Positions 18,934 through 30,129 of a stretch of DNA of 64,000 nucleotides are shown here, one piece after another (positions within the stretch are counted from its first letter, which is position 1; the number at the start of each line of letters is the position of its first letter). A model generated the notes under the pieces. It saw nothing but the letters and a program-made list of their open reading frames with translations. It did not search any database and was not told the origin of the DNA. The position numbers and the translations under genes were made by a program. Source of the stretch: Clostridia bacterium. Lineage in GTDB: Bacteria; Bacillota; Clostridia; UMGS1883. The stretch covers positions 96,001 to 160,000 of the forward strand of contig JBJDXJ010000038.1 in the NCBI GenBank assembly GCA_051866635.1, in the 5' to 3' direction.

Positions 18934-19799
18934 TGGATTTCAAAGACAAACTGAATGAATATATTTTGCGTGTTAATACGGAGCTTGAAGAGGTATCTGA
19001 GAAATTCCCAGGAGATGTTATTGTTTCCGAGGCTATGAAATATTCCCTTCTTGCAGGGGGCAAAAGAATTCGTCCCGTAATTGCACTTGCCATGTGCGAT
19101 GCACTTGGAGGAGATATGAATACTGCTCTTTATTTCGGATGTGCCCTTGAAATGATACACACTTATTCACTTATACACGACGACCTTCCATGTATGGACA
19201 ACGATACACTCCGCCGCGGCATGCCAACTTGCCATGTAAAGTATGGCGAGGCTTATGCCCTTTTGGCAGGAGACGGGCTGTTGACATATGCATTTCAGTA
19301 TATAACGGAAAAAGTGAAAGATAAAGTTAAGGCTTTTGACTATATATCATATCTTGCCAAAAACGCAGGTATCTGTGGTATGGTAGGAGGACAGACTGAC
19401 GATATCAAAGCGGAAAGCGAAAAGGTGGATATAGACACTCTTAAGTATATTCACTTAAGAAAAACAGGTGGCCTTATAAACGCCGCCGGTGCCGCAGGTG
19501 CCATTGCATCCGGGAAGGATGTAAGATGTTCTGAGCCTTATACAAAAAGTCTCGGTCTTGCCTTCCAGATAAAGGATGACATATTGGACATTGAAGGGGA
19601 CGCAGAAAAAATGGGTAAAACCTTAATGAAGGACATAAAGTCCGACAAGTCCACCTTTGTAACGCTTTTGGGTATAAAACAGGCTAAAGAAGAACTTGAA
19701 AAAGAAACTGAAAAAGCTATCGAAGCTTCAAATACATTCGGCGAAAAGGGCGAGTTCTTAAAAGAACTTGCCATAGCAATGCTGAAAAGAGAAAATTAA
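18930..19799 (+). CDS. ispA: Farnesyl/geranylgeranyl diphosphate synthase
   Basis: GGKRIRP, SLIHDDLPCMDND..RRG, LAFQIKDDILD. Confidence 0.93.
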   Translation: MMDFKDKLNEYILRVNTELEEVSEKFPGDVIVSEAMKYSLLAGGKRIRPVIALAMCDALGGDMNTALYFGCALEMIHTYSLIHDDLPCMDNDTLRRGMPTCHVKYGEAYALLAGDGLLTYAFQYITEKVKDKVKAFDYISYLAKNAGICGMVGGQTDDIKAESEKVDIDTLKYIHLRKTGGLINAAGAAGAIASGKDVRCSEPYTKSLGLAFQIKDDILDIEGDAEKMGKTLMKDIKSDKSTFVTLLGIKQAKEELEKETEKAIEASNTFGEKGEFLKELAIAMLKREN

Positions 19800-19821
19800 C
19801 CTTAAGAAGGGTGATAATCAA

Positions 19822-20262
19822 ATGATGGAAATTATAACAACACCGCTTGTGGCAGCTATAGTAGCATGGGCGGCGGCACAGCTTTTAAAGGTGGCAATAA
19901 ACTCCATAATGGAAAGGCGTTTTGCGTGGTATTCATTACTGGCATCAGGCGGCATGCCTTCATCTCACAGTGCCTTTGTAACAGCCCTTGCCTTTTTAAT
20001 AGGTGTTAAGCATGGCTTTTCAAGTGACTTTTTCTCACTTGCGGCGGCATTTGCACTTGTTGTAATGTATGATGCCTGCGGTGTAAGGCGTGCGGTAGGC
20101 GAACAGGCTAAGGCATTGAACAGAATTCTCGATGCAATGAAGGAAAACAGCACCATGCATAACGAAGCTGCCTTAAAGGAAATTTTAGGCCACAGCCCCT
20201 TTCAGGTGGCAATGGGCTTTCTGTTGGGCATTGGCATAGGTCTTGTGTTTATGGTGGGCTAA
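19822..20262 (+). CDS. Divergent PAP2 family membrane protein (DUF212/YuiD-like)
   Basis: GGMPSSHSA, MYDA.GVRR..G.QA..LN, E.LGH.P. Confidence 0.9.
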   Translation: MMEIITTPLVAAIVAWAAAQLLKVAINSIMERRFAWYSLLASGGMPSSHSAFVTALAFLIGVKHGFSSDFFSLAAAFALVVMYDACGVRRAVGEQAKALNRILDAMKENSTMHNEAALKEILGHSPFQVAMGFLLGIGIGLVFMVG

Positions 20263-20280
20263 AAATTTGAGGTGTTTGAA

Positions 20281-21348
20281 ATGTTTAGTAAATTAGCTTT
20301 TATAGAAGAAAAATACAGGGAGCTTTCAGAAAAAATCAGCGACCCTGAAGTAATAGCAGATATAGAGTCATGGCGTAAGCTCATGAAAGAGCATAGCGAT
20401 ATGACTCCTATTGTTGAAAAGTACAGGGAGTATAAGGAAGTAATAAAAACAATCGAAGATGCGGAAGAAATGCTGTCAGAGAGTCAGGATGCAGAATTTG
20501 AAGAATTGCTTCGTGAAGAATTAAGCGATGCAAAAACCCGTGTTCCATATTTGGAGGAGGAGTTAAAAATACTTCTTATCCCCAAGGACCCAAACGATGA
20601 AAAAAGTGTTATTGTTGAAATCCGAGGCGGTACAGGCGGTGAGGAAGCGGCACTTTTTGCTGCCGAGCTTTTCAGAATGTATTCAATGTACGCAGATAAA
20701 AAACGCTGGAAGATTGAAATTATGAACTCCAACCAGACAGAGCTTGGGGGATATAAGGAAATTTCCTTCAGCGTTGAAGGTAGCGGTGCATACAGTCGTT
20801 TTAAGTACGAAAGCGGTGTTCACCGTGTACAGAGAGTACCTGAAACCGAATCCCAGGGCAGAATACAGACCTCTGCCGCATCTGTTGCGGTGTTGCCGGA
20901 AGTTGAAGAAGTTGAACTTGAAATTAACCAGAACGATTTGAAGATTGATGTTTTCCGTGCAGGCGGCCCCGGCGGTCAGTGCGTTAACACAACTGACTCT
21001 GCCGTTAGAATTACACATCTTCCCACAGGACTTGTGGTTTCATGTCAGGATGAAAAAAGCCAGCACAAAAACAAGGATAAGGCATTAAAGGTTTTAAGAA
21101 GCCGACTTTATGAGCTTATGGAGGCAGAAAGAAATGCATCCATTGCCGCAGAACGTAAAAGTCAGGTGGGTACAGGTGACAGAAGCGAGCGAATAAGAAC
21201 GTATAACTTTCCTCAGGGCAGGGTGACAGACCACAGAATTAATCTTACCCTTTATAAAATAGACGCTATTATGGACGGGGACTTAGATGAACTTATTGAT
21301 GCTCTTGCAACATATTACCAAAGCGAAAAGCTGAAAGGGGAAAACTGA
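20281..21348 (+). CDS. prfA: Peptide chain release factor 1
   Basis: PET (PxT) motif, [22 protein letters not shown]. Confidence 0.97.
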   Translation: MFSKLAFIEEKYRELSEKISDPEVIADIESWRKLMKEHSDMTPIVEKYREYKEVIKTIEDAEEMLSESQDAEFEELLREELSDAKTRVPYLEEELKILLIPKDPNDEKSVIVEIRGGTGGEEAALFAAELFRMYSMYADKKRWKIEIMNSNQTELGGYKEISFSVEGSGAYSRFKYESGVHRVQRVPETESQGRIQTSAASVAVLPEVEEVELEINQNDLKIDVFRAGGPGGQCVNTTDSAVRITHLPTGLVVSCQDEKSQHKNKDKALKVLRSRLYELMEAERNASIAAERKSQVGTGDRSERIRTYNFPQGRVTDHRINLTLYKIDAIMDGDLDELIDALATYYQSEKLKGEN

Positions 21349-21349
21349 A

Positions 21350-22309
21350 ATGATGTCCGCTAATCGAAAGGAGAAAGAACTCCTTACAAGAATTATATCG
21401 GAATTCAAACTTGAAGTTATATATGAACCTAAGAATATTGGCGACATATGGATAACATGTAGTGATATTCACCGTCCCGGTATTCAGTTTGCCGCCAATT
21501 ATTATGATTATTTTGACGATGACAGAATACAGGTTTTAGGTAAGGCAGAGCTGTTTTACCTTATGGAAAAGTCCGCTGAAGAAAGATATGAAATTATTGA
21601 AAACCTTTGCAAGCGGAAAATTCCCGCAATTGTTGTAACAAGAAAAGCGGAAATTTTGTCCGAGCTTATGGAAGTGGTACAAAAGTACAACATTCCGCTT
21701 TTAAGGACAGAGGAACATACATCCCAGTTTGTAGCAACATATATTTCCACAATGAACGTACTTCTGGCACCATTTATCACCCGTCACGGCGTATTGATGG
21801 AAATTTACGGTGAAGGTGTGCTTTTACTTGGTGAAAGCGGCGTTGGTAAAAGCGAAACGGCAGTTGAGCTTGTTAAGCGTGGACACCGCCTTGTTGCGGA
21901 CGATGCAGTTGAAATCAAAAGGGTTTCCGCAAAGACACTTGTGGGTTCATCCCCTGAAATTATCCGCCACTTTATTGAGCTTCGAGGCATAGGCATTATT
22001 GACATTAAAAAGATTTTTGGTATGGGTGCCGTAAAGGACACGGAAAATGTTGACTTTGTGGTAAACCTTGAATTGTGGCAACAGGGCAAGAACTATGAAA
22101 GATTAGGTCTTGATAAAACATATACAAATATTTTGGGGATTGACGTTCCCTCCGTTACGGTGCCTGTACGCCCCGGCCGTAACCTTGCCATCATTGTGGA
22201 AATTGCCGCAATGAACTTCCGTCAGCAAAAAATGGGCTACAATGCGGCTGAAGAATTGTCGGAAAGATTAAACAAGCAGATAAATATGGATGCAAACAGC
22301 ATACTATAA
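21350..22309 (+). CDS. hprK: HPr(Ser) kinase/phosphatase
   Basis: GESGVGKSE, LVADD, IELRGIGII, PVRPGRNLA. Confidence 0.96.
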   Translation: MMSANRKEKELLTRIISEFKLEVIYEPKNIGDIWITCSDIHRPGIQFAANYYDYFDDDRIQVLGKAELFYLMEKSAEERYEIIENLCKRKIPAIVVTRKAEILSELMEVVQKYNIPLLRTEEHTSQFVATYISTMNVLLAPFITRHGVLMEIYGEGVLLLGESGVGKSETAVELVKRGHRLVADDAVEIKRVSAKTLVGSSPEIIRHFIELRGIGIIDIKKIFGMGAVKDTENVDFVVNLELWQQGKNYERLGLDKTYTNILGIDVPSVTVPVRPGRNLAIIVEIAAMNFRQQKMGYNAAEELSERLNKQINMDANSIL

Positions 22310-22325
22310 TTGAGAAGGTTACAAA

Positions 22326-23039
22326 ATGATTAAAATTACAGTTGATACACATACACATACAAATGTGAGCCACCATGCCTTTTCCACATTGGAGGAAAAT
22401 ATTGCATTTGCGGCAAAGAACAATCTTGAGGGCATTGCCATGACAAACCACGGACCTGATTTAGGTGACGGTGCCGTGTGGTTCCATTTTAAGTCTGCAA
22501 GACATCTGCCAAAATATGTACGTGGTGTCCGTCTTATAACAGGTGCAGAAGTTGATATTATGGACGAGAGCGGAAGATTGGACATTGACGATGAGCTACT
22601 TAAAAATCTTGAACTTGTAATTGCATCCTTTCATACACCTTGTTTCCCGCCTAATTCGGACAAAGATGTTGTTACACGGGCATGGCTTAATACCTTGGAA
22701 AACGAAAATGTTGACGTTTTAGGTCATATGGGTGACGGCAGATATATGTGTGATTATGAAACTGTTGTAAAAAAAGCTAAAGAAAAGGGTAAAATAATTG
22801 AGATAAATAATCACTCCTTTAAAGTAAGGGCAGGAAGCAATGAAAACTGCAGGGAAATTGCACTTTTATGCAAAAAGTATTCCGTTCCCGTGGTTTTAAG
22901 CACCGATGCCCATTTTTCAGAAGAAATCGGCATTGTGCCAAACAGTGTAAAGTTACTTGAGGAAATTGACTTTCCAAAGGAACTGATACTTAACACATCA
23001 CTAAAAAAGCTTTGTGATTATTTGAATATTGAATGTTAG
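22326..23039 (+). CDS. PHP-family phosphatase (YcdX-like)
   Basis: DTHTHT, HAFST, TNHGP, GHMG, EINN.S, TDAH. Confidence 0.85.
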   Translation: MIKITVDTHTHTNVSHHAFSTLEENIAFAAKNNLEGIAMTNHGPDLGDGAVWFHFKSARHLPKYVRGVRLITGAEVDIMDESGRLDIDDELLKNLELVIASFHTPCFPPNSDKDVVTRAWLNTLENENVDVLGHMGDGRYMCDYETVVKKAKEKGKIIEINNHSFKVRAGSNENCREIALLCKKYSVPVVLSTDAHFSEEIGIVPNSVKLLEEIDFPKELILNTSLKKLCDYLNIEC

Positions 23040-23049
23040 GGAGTAGGGC

Positions 23050-23961
23050 ATGAAAAACATCGGCGTTGATATTGGCGGCACTTTTATAAAATGTGCAATA
23101 GTTGACAAAAAAGGAAATATTACAGCATCGTGTAAAACACCAACACCCAAAATGGGAAGTGACATACCTGATGCGGTTATAGATTTAATATACAGCCTTC
23201 TTAAAAAAAGCAATCTTACAGTGGATGATATTTATACCATAGGCATCGGCACAACGGGCATATGCGACAGCAAAAACGGGATTGTTATTACGGGCGCCAA
23301 CATTGAGGGGTATAAAAATATTGAAATATGCCGTATTATAAAAGAAAAAACAGGAAAAGACACCTTTATTGACAACGATGCAAACTGTGCGGCACTGGGC
23401 GAATATGTGGCGGCAAATGTTAAATGCCACAGCTTTATATTCATAACCTTAGGCACAGGTATAGGCGGCGGCATTATATTAAACGGAAAAATCCTTCGTG
23501 GTGTTAACGGCGGTGCAGGTGAAATCGGTCATATTACATTGGTAAAGGATGGCGAAAAGTGTAACTGCGGAAGAAAAGGGTGCTGGGAAAGGTATGCATC
23601 TGTTTCGGCACTGTCAAGGCAGACAAGAGAGGCAGGCTTCACGGGTGAAGTGAACGGCAAAACAGTATTTGAAAAAAGCCTTAAGGGCGACAAAGTGGCA
23701 CAAAAGGTTCTTGATAAGTGGCTTAATTATGTGTCTGAGGGCATATGTGACATGGTGAACATTTTCCAGCCTGACCTTATTGTAATAGGTGGCGGTGTAA
23801 GTCGTGAAGGGGACAGGATTTTGAAGCCTGTAGCAGATTTTGTAAATAAAAACTCAATGACAGGAAAAATAACTGCCCTTAAGCAGACGGATATAAGAAT
23901 ATCACAGCTTTTTAATGACGCAGGTGTCATAGGTGCAAGCTTCCTATATACTCAAAACTGA
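23050..23961 (+). CDS. ROK-family sugar kinase (glucokinase-like)
   Basis: DIGGT, NDAN.AALGE, GEIGH, CNCGRKGCWE. Confidence 0.88.
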   Translation: MKNIGVDIGGTFIKCAIVDKKGNITASCKTPTPKMGSDIPDAVIDLIYSLLKKSNLTVDDIYTIGIGTTGICDSKNGIVITGANIEGYKNIEICRIIKEKTGKDTFIDNDANCAALGEYVAANVKCHSFIFITLGTGIGGGIILNGKILRGVNGGAGEIGHITLVKDGEKCNCGRKGCWERYASVSALSRQTREAGFTGEVNGKTVFEKSLKGDKVAQKVLDKWLNYVSEGICDMVNIFQPDLIVIGGGVSREGDRILKPVADFVNKNSMTGKITALKQTDIRISQLFNDAGVIGASFLYTQN

Positions 23962-23977
23962 AAATCGGTGGTGTGAC

Positions 23978-24856
23978 ATGTACGATTTTGAAAATTGCAA
24001 TGTACTGAAAAATGTACAGATGAAAGAGTATACTTCCTTTAAAACAGGCGGTGTGGCAAAGGTTATGATTGAACCTAAAAGCCCACAGGCTGTTGCAAAT
24101 GTTTTAAGAAAGTTAAAGGATTTAAACGAAAAATATTATATTTTGGGAAACGGCAGTAACCTTCTTGTGTCGGATAAGGGGATAGACAGGCCTGTAATAC
24201 ACATTGGAAAAGCCTTAAGTCAGATTACAACAGAGGGTGAGTATATCATAGCCCAAAGCGGTGCACTTCTTTCTAAAGTGGCACAAGTTGCCTATAAAAA
24301 CAGTTTGACAGGTATGGAATTTGCCCATGGTATACCCGGCAGTATCGGCGGTGCCGTTTGCATGAATGCAGGGGCATACGGCGGAGAAATCGGGGATATT
24401 ATCGACTGGATTGATTATGCAACAGACAGCGGTGAAATTTACCGTATGGATAAAAACACCGCAAATTTCAGCTACAGAAAAAGCTTTTTCTCCGATAAAG
24501 ATTATGTGGTAGTTGCAGTATGTATTAAGCTTGAAAAAGGCGATGGCGAAACTATCCTTGAAAAAATGAAAGAGCTTGGCGAAAAAAGACGGAGCAAACA
24601 GCCTTTGGAATATCCTTCTGCCGGCAGTACATTTAAAAGACCCCAAGGGCATTTTGCCGCAGAGCTTATTGAAAAAGCAGGGCTTAAAGGTACATCTTTA
24701 GGAGGTGCCTCGGTAAGTGAAAAACATTCGGGCTTTATAATAAATAAAGATAATGCCACAACAGAAGATGTACTTTCTTTAATGGAGAAGGTTAAAGAGG
24801 TTGTACGTGAATATTCGGGGGTAGAATTAGAACCCGAGGTGAAATTCTGGGACTAA
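23978..24856 (+). CDS. murB: UDP-N-acetylenolpyruvoylglucosamine reductase
   Basis: GNGSNLL, GIPGSIGGAVCMNAGAYG, PSAGSTFKRP, LEPEV. Confidence 0.96.
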   Translation: MYDFENCNVLKNVQMKEYTSFKTGGVAKVMIEPKSPQAVANVLRKLKDLNEKYYILGNGSNLLVSDKGIDRPVIHIGKALSQITTEGEYIIAQSGALLSKVAQVAYKNSLTGMEFAHGIPGSIGGAVCMNAGAYGGEIGDIIDWIDYATDSGEIYRMDKNTANFSYRKSFFSDKDYVVVAVCIKLEKGDGETILEKMKELGEKRRSKQPLEYPSAGSTFKRPQGHFAAELIEKAGLKGTSLGGASVSEKHSGFIINKDNATTEDVLSLMEKVKEVVREYSGVELEPEVKFWD

Positions 24857-24871
24857 GAAGGTGACTTTAAA

Positions 24872-25732
24872 ATGAAATTTCTTATTATAACAGGTATATC
24901 AGGTGCAGGTAAAACACATGTGTTGCACTTTTTGGAGGATATGGGTTATTACTGTATTGACAATATGCCCGTGCTTTTCTTATCCGCATTTGCACAGGCT
25001 TGTGCCGAAGGAAAGATAAAGGCTGAAAACATAGCAGTTGTTACCGATATACGTGGCGGTGAGATGTTCGCAAATATCGAAGAAGAGCTTGCAAAAATAT
25101 CAAAAGACACATGCCCTTATGAAATAGTGTTCCTTGAAGCTGACGACCCGTCACTTGTCCGTCGTTATAAGGAAACAAGAAGAGCACATCCCTTAGCACC
25201 TAACGGCCGTGTTGAAGAAGGCATTACAAAGGAAAAGGAGCTTTTGGCAAATATACGCAAAAAAGCTGACCATATTATAAATACCTCAAACCTTTTAACC
25301 CGTGAGCTTTGCGAATTGGTACGTAGCGAGTTCGGAAGCGAAAAAACAAAAAACGGATTTTTTTCCGTAAATGTTATGTCCTTTGGCTTTAAGTACGGAA
25401 TTCCAAGCAGTACCGACCTTGTGATGGATGTAAGGTTTTTGCCTAATCCCTATTATGTGGAAAACATGCGTTACAGAACAGGACTTGAAGAAGATATATA
25501 TAAGTACGTTACAGAAAATGAGCAGTGTGACGAATTTCTGAAAAAGTATACGGATATGATTTTGTATCTTATACCCCTTTATATCCGTGACGGCAGACGG
25601 CAGATAACTATTTCCATCGGCTGTACAGGCGGAAAGCACAGAAGCGTTGCAATAACAGAGGCACTTGCAAATATATTTATTAAAAACGGAATAAGGGCGA
25701 AAAGCTCTCACCGTGATATTGAAAGAAAGTAA
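24872..25732 (+). CDS. rapZ: RNase adapter RapZ/YvcJ P-loop protein
   Basis: TGISGAGKT, DNMP, RRYKETRR.HP, SFGFKYG, GCTGGKHRSV. Confidence 0.93.
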   Translation: MKFLIITGISGAGKTHVLHFLEDMGYYCIDNMPVLFLSAFAQACAEGKIKAENIAVVTDIRGGEMFANIEEELAKISKDTCPYEIVFLEADDPSLVRRYKETRRAHPLAPNGRVEEGITKEKELLANIRKKADHIINTSNLLTRELCELVRSEFGSEKTKNGFFSVNVMSFGFKYGIPSSTDLVMDVRFLPNPYYVENMRYRTGLEEDIYKYVTENEQCDEFLKKYTDMILYLIPLYIRDGRRQITISIGCTGGKHRSVAITEALANIFIKNGIRAKSSHRDIERK

Positions 25733-25737
25733 AGATC

Positions 25738-26619
25738 ATGACTTTTCTTGAAGAAGTAAAAGAAGAACTTAATAATATACGTGTTAAAAAAACTTGTTGT
25801 ATGGCATCGGAAATAAGGGCAATACTTATGTTCGGCGGTGTGTGCTATGATGGCAACGTAATCTTTGGTACAGAGGATTTTGCCCTTGCAAAAAAATTCA
25901 GCAGTTATCTTTCAAAAACATGCAAAATTAATTATCCCGACCGATTGGATGAAAATGCGGAAAGCTATAAGTTTTTAATACCGGATGAAATTTTGGGAGA
26001 ATTGGAACTTGATGCCTACATAACAATTGACGAGGCTATCGATATTGAAAAGGAATTGTGCTGTATGCACGCCTTTGTCCGTGGTGCATTTTTGGCATCT
26101 GGCAGTGTTTCAAACCCTGAAAAAGCATATAGGATGGAAATTTTTTCGGAAAACGAGCGTATTGTGGACAAGGTTTATAACATCCTTATAACAATGGGTG
26201 TAGGCGTTAAGAAAACAAAAAGAAAAAACCTTTATGTTGTGTATGCAAATACAAGCGAGTCTGTTCAGGATATGTTAAAGGTAACAGAGGCTCCAAATGC
26301 GGTGTTTACCGTTTTGGAAGCAAAGGTTGTGAAAAACAAGCGTAACAATACAAACCGTGTTATAAACTGCGATATGGCAAATGCGGACAGAGCAAGCGAA
26401 AACAGTTGCCGTGAAACACAGGCTATAAAGCTTATTGAAAAAACAATAGGGCTTGACAGCTTAAAACCCAAGCTGAAGGAAGCGGCACTTTTACGCCTTG
26501 AAAATGAAGGTGCCTCCATAAACGAGCTTGCAAAGCTGTGTGACCCGCCATTATCTAAAAGCACAATGAATAACCGCTTGAATAAATTAGTCCTTATTGC
26601 AAAGGAATTAGGTGATTGA
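25738..26619 (+). CDS. whiA: DNA-binding protein WhiA
   Basis: RGAFLASGSVSNP, NRVINCDMAN, C-terminal HTH SKS..NNRL.KL. Confidence 0.9.
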   Translation: MTFLEEVKEELNNIRVKKTCCMASEIRAILMFGGVCYDGNVIFGTEDFALAKKFSSYLSKTCKINYPDRLDENAESYKFLIPDEILGELELDAYITIDEAIDIEKELCCMHAFVRGAFLASGSVSNPEKAYRMEIFSENERIVDKVYNILITMGVGVKKTKRKNLYVVYANTSESVQDMLKVTEAPNAVFTVLEAKVVKNKRNNTNRVINCDMANADRASENSCRETQAIKLIEKTIGLDSLKPKLKEAALLRLENEGASINELAKLCDPPLSKSTMNNRLNKLVLIAKELGD

Positions 26620-26621
26620 AA

Positions 26622-29600
26622 ATGTTTACACATTTACATGTACATAGCGAATACAGCCTTTTAGACGGTGCCTCAAGGATTGAGGATTTGCCTAAAAGGG
26701 CAAAGGAATTGGGGCAAAGTGCAATTGCTCTCACAGACCACGGTGTCATGTACGGTGCCGTGGATTTCTATAAGGCGTGCAAAAAAGAAGGGATTAAGCC
26801 CATAATAGGCTGTGAGGTGTATGTGGCACCAAGACGCCTTACGGACAAATCCACCAAAGAGGATGCGGAAAATTTCCACCTTGTCCTTTTGGCTAAAAAC
26901 AAAAAGGGCTACGAAAACATATGTAAAATAGTCTCCAAAGCGGCAGTGGAGGGCTTTTACTACCGTCCAAGAACCGATATGGAGGAATTAAGAAAACATT
27001 CCGAGGGCATTATCGCCCTGTCAGCCTGCCTTGCAGGCTTAGTGCCTTCACGGCTTCTTGAAAACGACTACCAGGGCGCAAAAAAAGCCTTGGAGGAATA
27101 TAGGGAAATATTTGATGACTTTTATCTTGAAATTCAGGACCATAATATCGAAGAACAAAGGCGTATTATGCCCCTCCTCTTAAAATTAAGTGAAGAAACA
27201 AATACGCCATTGGTTGCAACAAACGACGTCCATTATATAAAAAGGGAAGACGCCGCATATCAGGATGTTTTGTTATGCATACAGACCGGTAAAAACCTTT
27301 CCGACGAAAACCGTATGCGGTTTTCAACGGACGAGTTTTACTTAAAAAGTGAAGATGAAATGCGTGAAAAATTTAAGTTTGCCCCTTCTGCCTGTGATAA
27401 CACAAATGTTATCAGTGACATGTGCGAATTTGAATTTGAATTTCATCAGAAATTACTTCCCCAGTTCCCTGTACCCGAAGGCTTTACAAAGGTTAGCTAT
27501 CTGGAAAAGCTGTGCAAAGAAGGACTTTGTAAAAGGTACGGCGAAAAGGTTACGGATGAGCACAAAAAAAGGCTTGAATATGAGCTTAGTGTTATAAACT
27601 CCATGGGCTTCACCGACTACTTTTTAATTGTGTCCGACTTTGTGGGCTATGCAAAAAGAAACGGCATTTACGTGGGCCCCGGCAGAGGCAGTGCGGCAGG
27701 AAGTGTTGTATCATATGTTCTTGAAATTACAGACATTGACCCCATAAAGCACAACCTCCTTTTTGAAAGGTTCTTAAACCCCGAACGTGTTTCAATGCCC
27801 GATATTGATATTGACTTCTGTATTGAACGAAGGGGAGAAGTTATTGACTACGTTGTGAATAAGTACGGCAAGGACAATGTTTGTCAGATTATTACCTTTG
27901 GCACAATGAAGGCAAAAGGTGCAATCCGTGATGCAGGCAGGGTTATGGGTATGCCATATGCCGAGGTGGATGCAGTGGCAAAGATGGTGCCGAAAACCTT
28001 GAACGTAACTATAAAAGAGTCGCTTCAAACTCCCAAACTTAAAGAGGCTTACGAGGAGGACGAAAGGGTAAAGAAACTTATTGACACCGCTATGAGCATA
28101 GAAAATCTGCCTAAGAGTAGCGGTACTCATGCGGCAGGGGTTGTTATCTGCGGTGACAGGCTTGACAATCATATTCCCCTTTCTAAAAATGAAGATGTTG
28201 TTGTAACACAGTACACAAAAGATACTGTTGAGGAATTAGGTCTTTTAAAGATGGACTTTTTAGGTCTTAAAAACTTGACAATCATCCGTAACTGTATCGA
28301 AATTGCAAAGGCAAACGGCGAAAATATTGACCTTCAGAATATCCCCTATGATGCACCTGAGGTCTATAATATGATTTCAAAAGGTGAAACAGAAGGTGTG
28401 TTCCAGCTTGAAAGTGAAGGCATGACAAACTTCATGCGTAAGCTGGAGCCGGGCTGTCTTGACGACATAACGGCAGGTATTGCCCTTTACCGTCCCGGTC
28501 CTATGGACTTTATCCCCCAGTATATACGAAATAAGAAAAACCCCGATTTAATCACATATAAGCATCCTCTTTTAAGTGATATATTGGACGAAACATATGG
28601 CTGTATTGTATATCAGGAACAGGTTATGGAAATTGTACGAAGCTTAGGGGGATTTTCCTTAGGCAGAAGCGATGAAGTGCGTCGTGCCATGAGTAAGAAA
28701 AAGGAAAAGGAAATGGTAAAGGCACGTGAAGCCTTTATCCACGGTGAAAAGGACGAAAATGGCATTGTGACAGTGCCGGGATGTATTGCAAAGGGTATTG
28801 ACGAAAAAACAGCCAGCAGTATATTTGACGATATGGATGCATTTGCAAAGTATGCCTTCAACAAATCCCATGCGGCGGCATACGCCTATGTGGCATACCA
28901 GACTGCATATCTTAAGTGCTTTTATCCCATTTACTTTATGGCGGCACTTATTACAGGCTTTATGGATGAAAGCGTAAAGGTGGCATTATATGTTGAAAAG
29001 TGTCGTAAGATGGGCATTGACATACTTCCCCCTGACATTAACAAAAGCTACAGTTCATTTAGTGTTGAGGGGCAGAATATTCGCTTTGGCATCGGAAGCG
29101 TAAAAAATGTGGGTATCACTTTTATGGATAAGGTTGTATCGGAGCGTGAAGAAAACGGTCCATTTACATCTTTTACGGACTTTGCAAAGAGAATGTGTGG
29201 TAAGGATATAAATAAGCGTGCTGTGGAAGGTATTATCAGGGTGGGGGCATTTGACAAAATAGTACCCGAGCGTAATAAACTTTTAGCGGCATATGAAGAT
29301 ATAATAGCCTCTGCAATGAGCGAAAAGAAGCAGAACATTGAAGGGCAGATGAACCTTTTCGGCACTATTGTAGGTCATGAGGAGGATACAAAAGATGATT
29401 TGCCGCCTGCACCGCCGCTTCCTAAAAATATGATTCTTGAAATGGAAAAGGAATGGGGAGGGATGTATTTTTCAGGTCATCCCTTAGACGATTACCGTGG
29501 TATTGCAGATAGTGATATATACGACCCCATTGGTGAAATTATGCTCGCAGGGGACGAGGAGAGTAAGTATTACGACAAGCAGGAGGTTGTTTTGGCAGGC

Positions 29601-30062
29601 ATTGTTACATCACGCCGTGACAAACTTACAAAAAACAACACCATGATGAGCTTTGCTGTTTTAGAAGATTTCACCGGCAGTATGGAAATTGTAATTTTCC
29701 CCAAGGTTCTTTCAAAGGTTGACAGTATTATTAAGGAAGGTGAAATTCTCACCCTGTCAGGCAGACTTGACATACGTGAAGATACTCCTTCCAAGCTGAT
29801 ACTTGATACTGCCGCACCGCTGGAAAAGAAAGCGATAGATAATGGCACTAAAAAAACATTGGTTATAAACTTAAATGACGGTGATGAAAAGCATTTTGAT
29901 AAATTAAGAAAAATTATCCTTTCAAAAAAAGGCAAGGATAGTGTTATCTTAAAATTCCCCGAAAGAGAAATAAAAGCACATGAGTCAATTAAGACAAAGG
30001 GTGAAGAAACATTAAAACTTGTAGATGCCTTTTTCGGTGAAAAACGTTGCGAAATTGAATAA
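26622..30062 (+). CDS. dnaE: DNA polymerase III alpha subunit
   Basis: HLHVHSEYSLLDG PHP domain, GRGSAAGS, PDIDIDF, HAAGVVI, KMDFLGL, YAFNKSH, clamp motif QMNLF. Confidence 0.97.
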   Translation: MFTHLHVHSEYSLLDGASRIEDLPKRAKELGQSAIALTDHGVMYGAVDFYKACKKEGIKPIIGCEVYVAPRRLTDKSTKEDAENFHLVLLAKNKKGYENICKIVSKAAVEGFYYRPRTDMEELRKHSEGIIALSACLAGLVPSRLLENDYQGAKKALEEYREIFDDFYLEIQDHNIEEQRRIMPLLLKLSEETNTPLVATNDVHYIKREDAAYQDVLLCIQTGKNLSDENRMRFSTDEFYLKSEDEMREKFKFAPSACDNTNVISDMCEFEFEFHQKLLPQFPVPEGFTKVSYLEKLCKEGLCKRYGEKVTDEHKKRLEYELSVINSMGFTDYFLIVSDFVGYAKRNGIYVGPGRGSAAGSVVSYVLEITDIDPIKHNLLFERFLNPERVSMPDIDIDFCIERRGEVIDYVVNKYGKDNVCQIITFGTMKAKGAIRDAGRVMGMPYAEVDAVAKMVPKTLNVTIKESLQTPKLKEAYEEDERVKKLIDTAMSIENLPKSSGTHAAGVVICGDRLDNHIPLSKNEDVVVTQYTKDTVEELGLLKMDFLGLKNLTIIRNCIEIAKANGENIDLQNIPYDAPEVYNMISKGETEGVFQLESEGMTNFMRKLEPGCLDDITAGIALYRPGPMDFIPQYIRNKKNPDLITYKHPLLSDILDETYGCIVYQEQVMEIVRSLGGFSLGRSDEVRRAMSKKKEKEMVKAREAFIHGEKDENGIVTVPGCIAKGIDEKTASSIFDDMDAFAKYAFNKSHAAAYAYVAYQTAYLKCFYPIYFMAALITGFMDESVKVALYVEKCRKMGIDILPPDINKSYSSFSVEGQNIRFGIGSVKNVGITFMDKVVSEREENGPFTSFTDFAKRMCGKDINKRAVEGIIRVGAFDKIVPERNKLLAAYEDIIASAMSEKKQNIEGQMNLFGTIVGHEEDTKDDLPPAPPLPKNMILEMEKEWGGMYFSGHPLDDYRGIADSDIYDPIGEIMLAGDEESKYYDKQEVVLAGIVTSRRDKLTKNNTMMSFAVLEDFTGSMEIVIFPKVLSKVDSIIKEGEILTLSGRLDIREDTPSKLILDTAAPLEKKAIDNGTKKTLVINLNDGDEKHFDKLRKIILSKKGKDSVILKFPEREIKAHESIKTKGEETLKLVDAFFGEKRCEIE

Positions 30063-30064
30063 TT

Positions 30065-30113
30065 AAAAAGTGCGATTTTGAAAGCTGATAAAGCAGACAA
30101 AATTGCACTTTTT
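30065..30113. terminator. Bidirectional terminator between convergent dnaE and GH2 genes
   Basis: aaaaagtgcgattttg...caaaattgcacttttt. Confidence 0.7.
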
Positions 30114-30129
30114 AGTTATGTAAAAATGG

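Noticed and set aside
18001-19160. Minus-strand ORFs of 221 and 164 aa
   Set aside because: Antisense to xseA/xseB/ispA with no recognisable motifs.
20960-20990. GGQC instead of GGQH/S in RF1
   Set aside because: GGQ is intact and the following residue is variable; not unusual.
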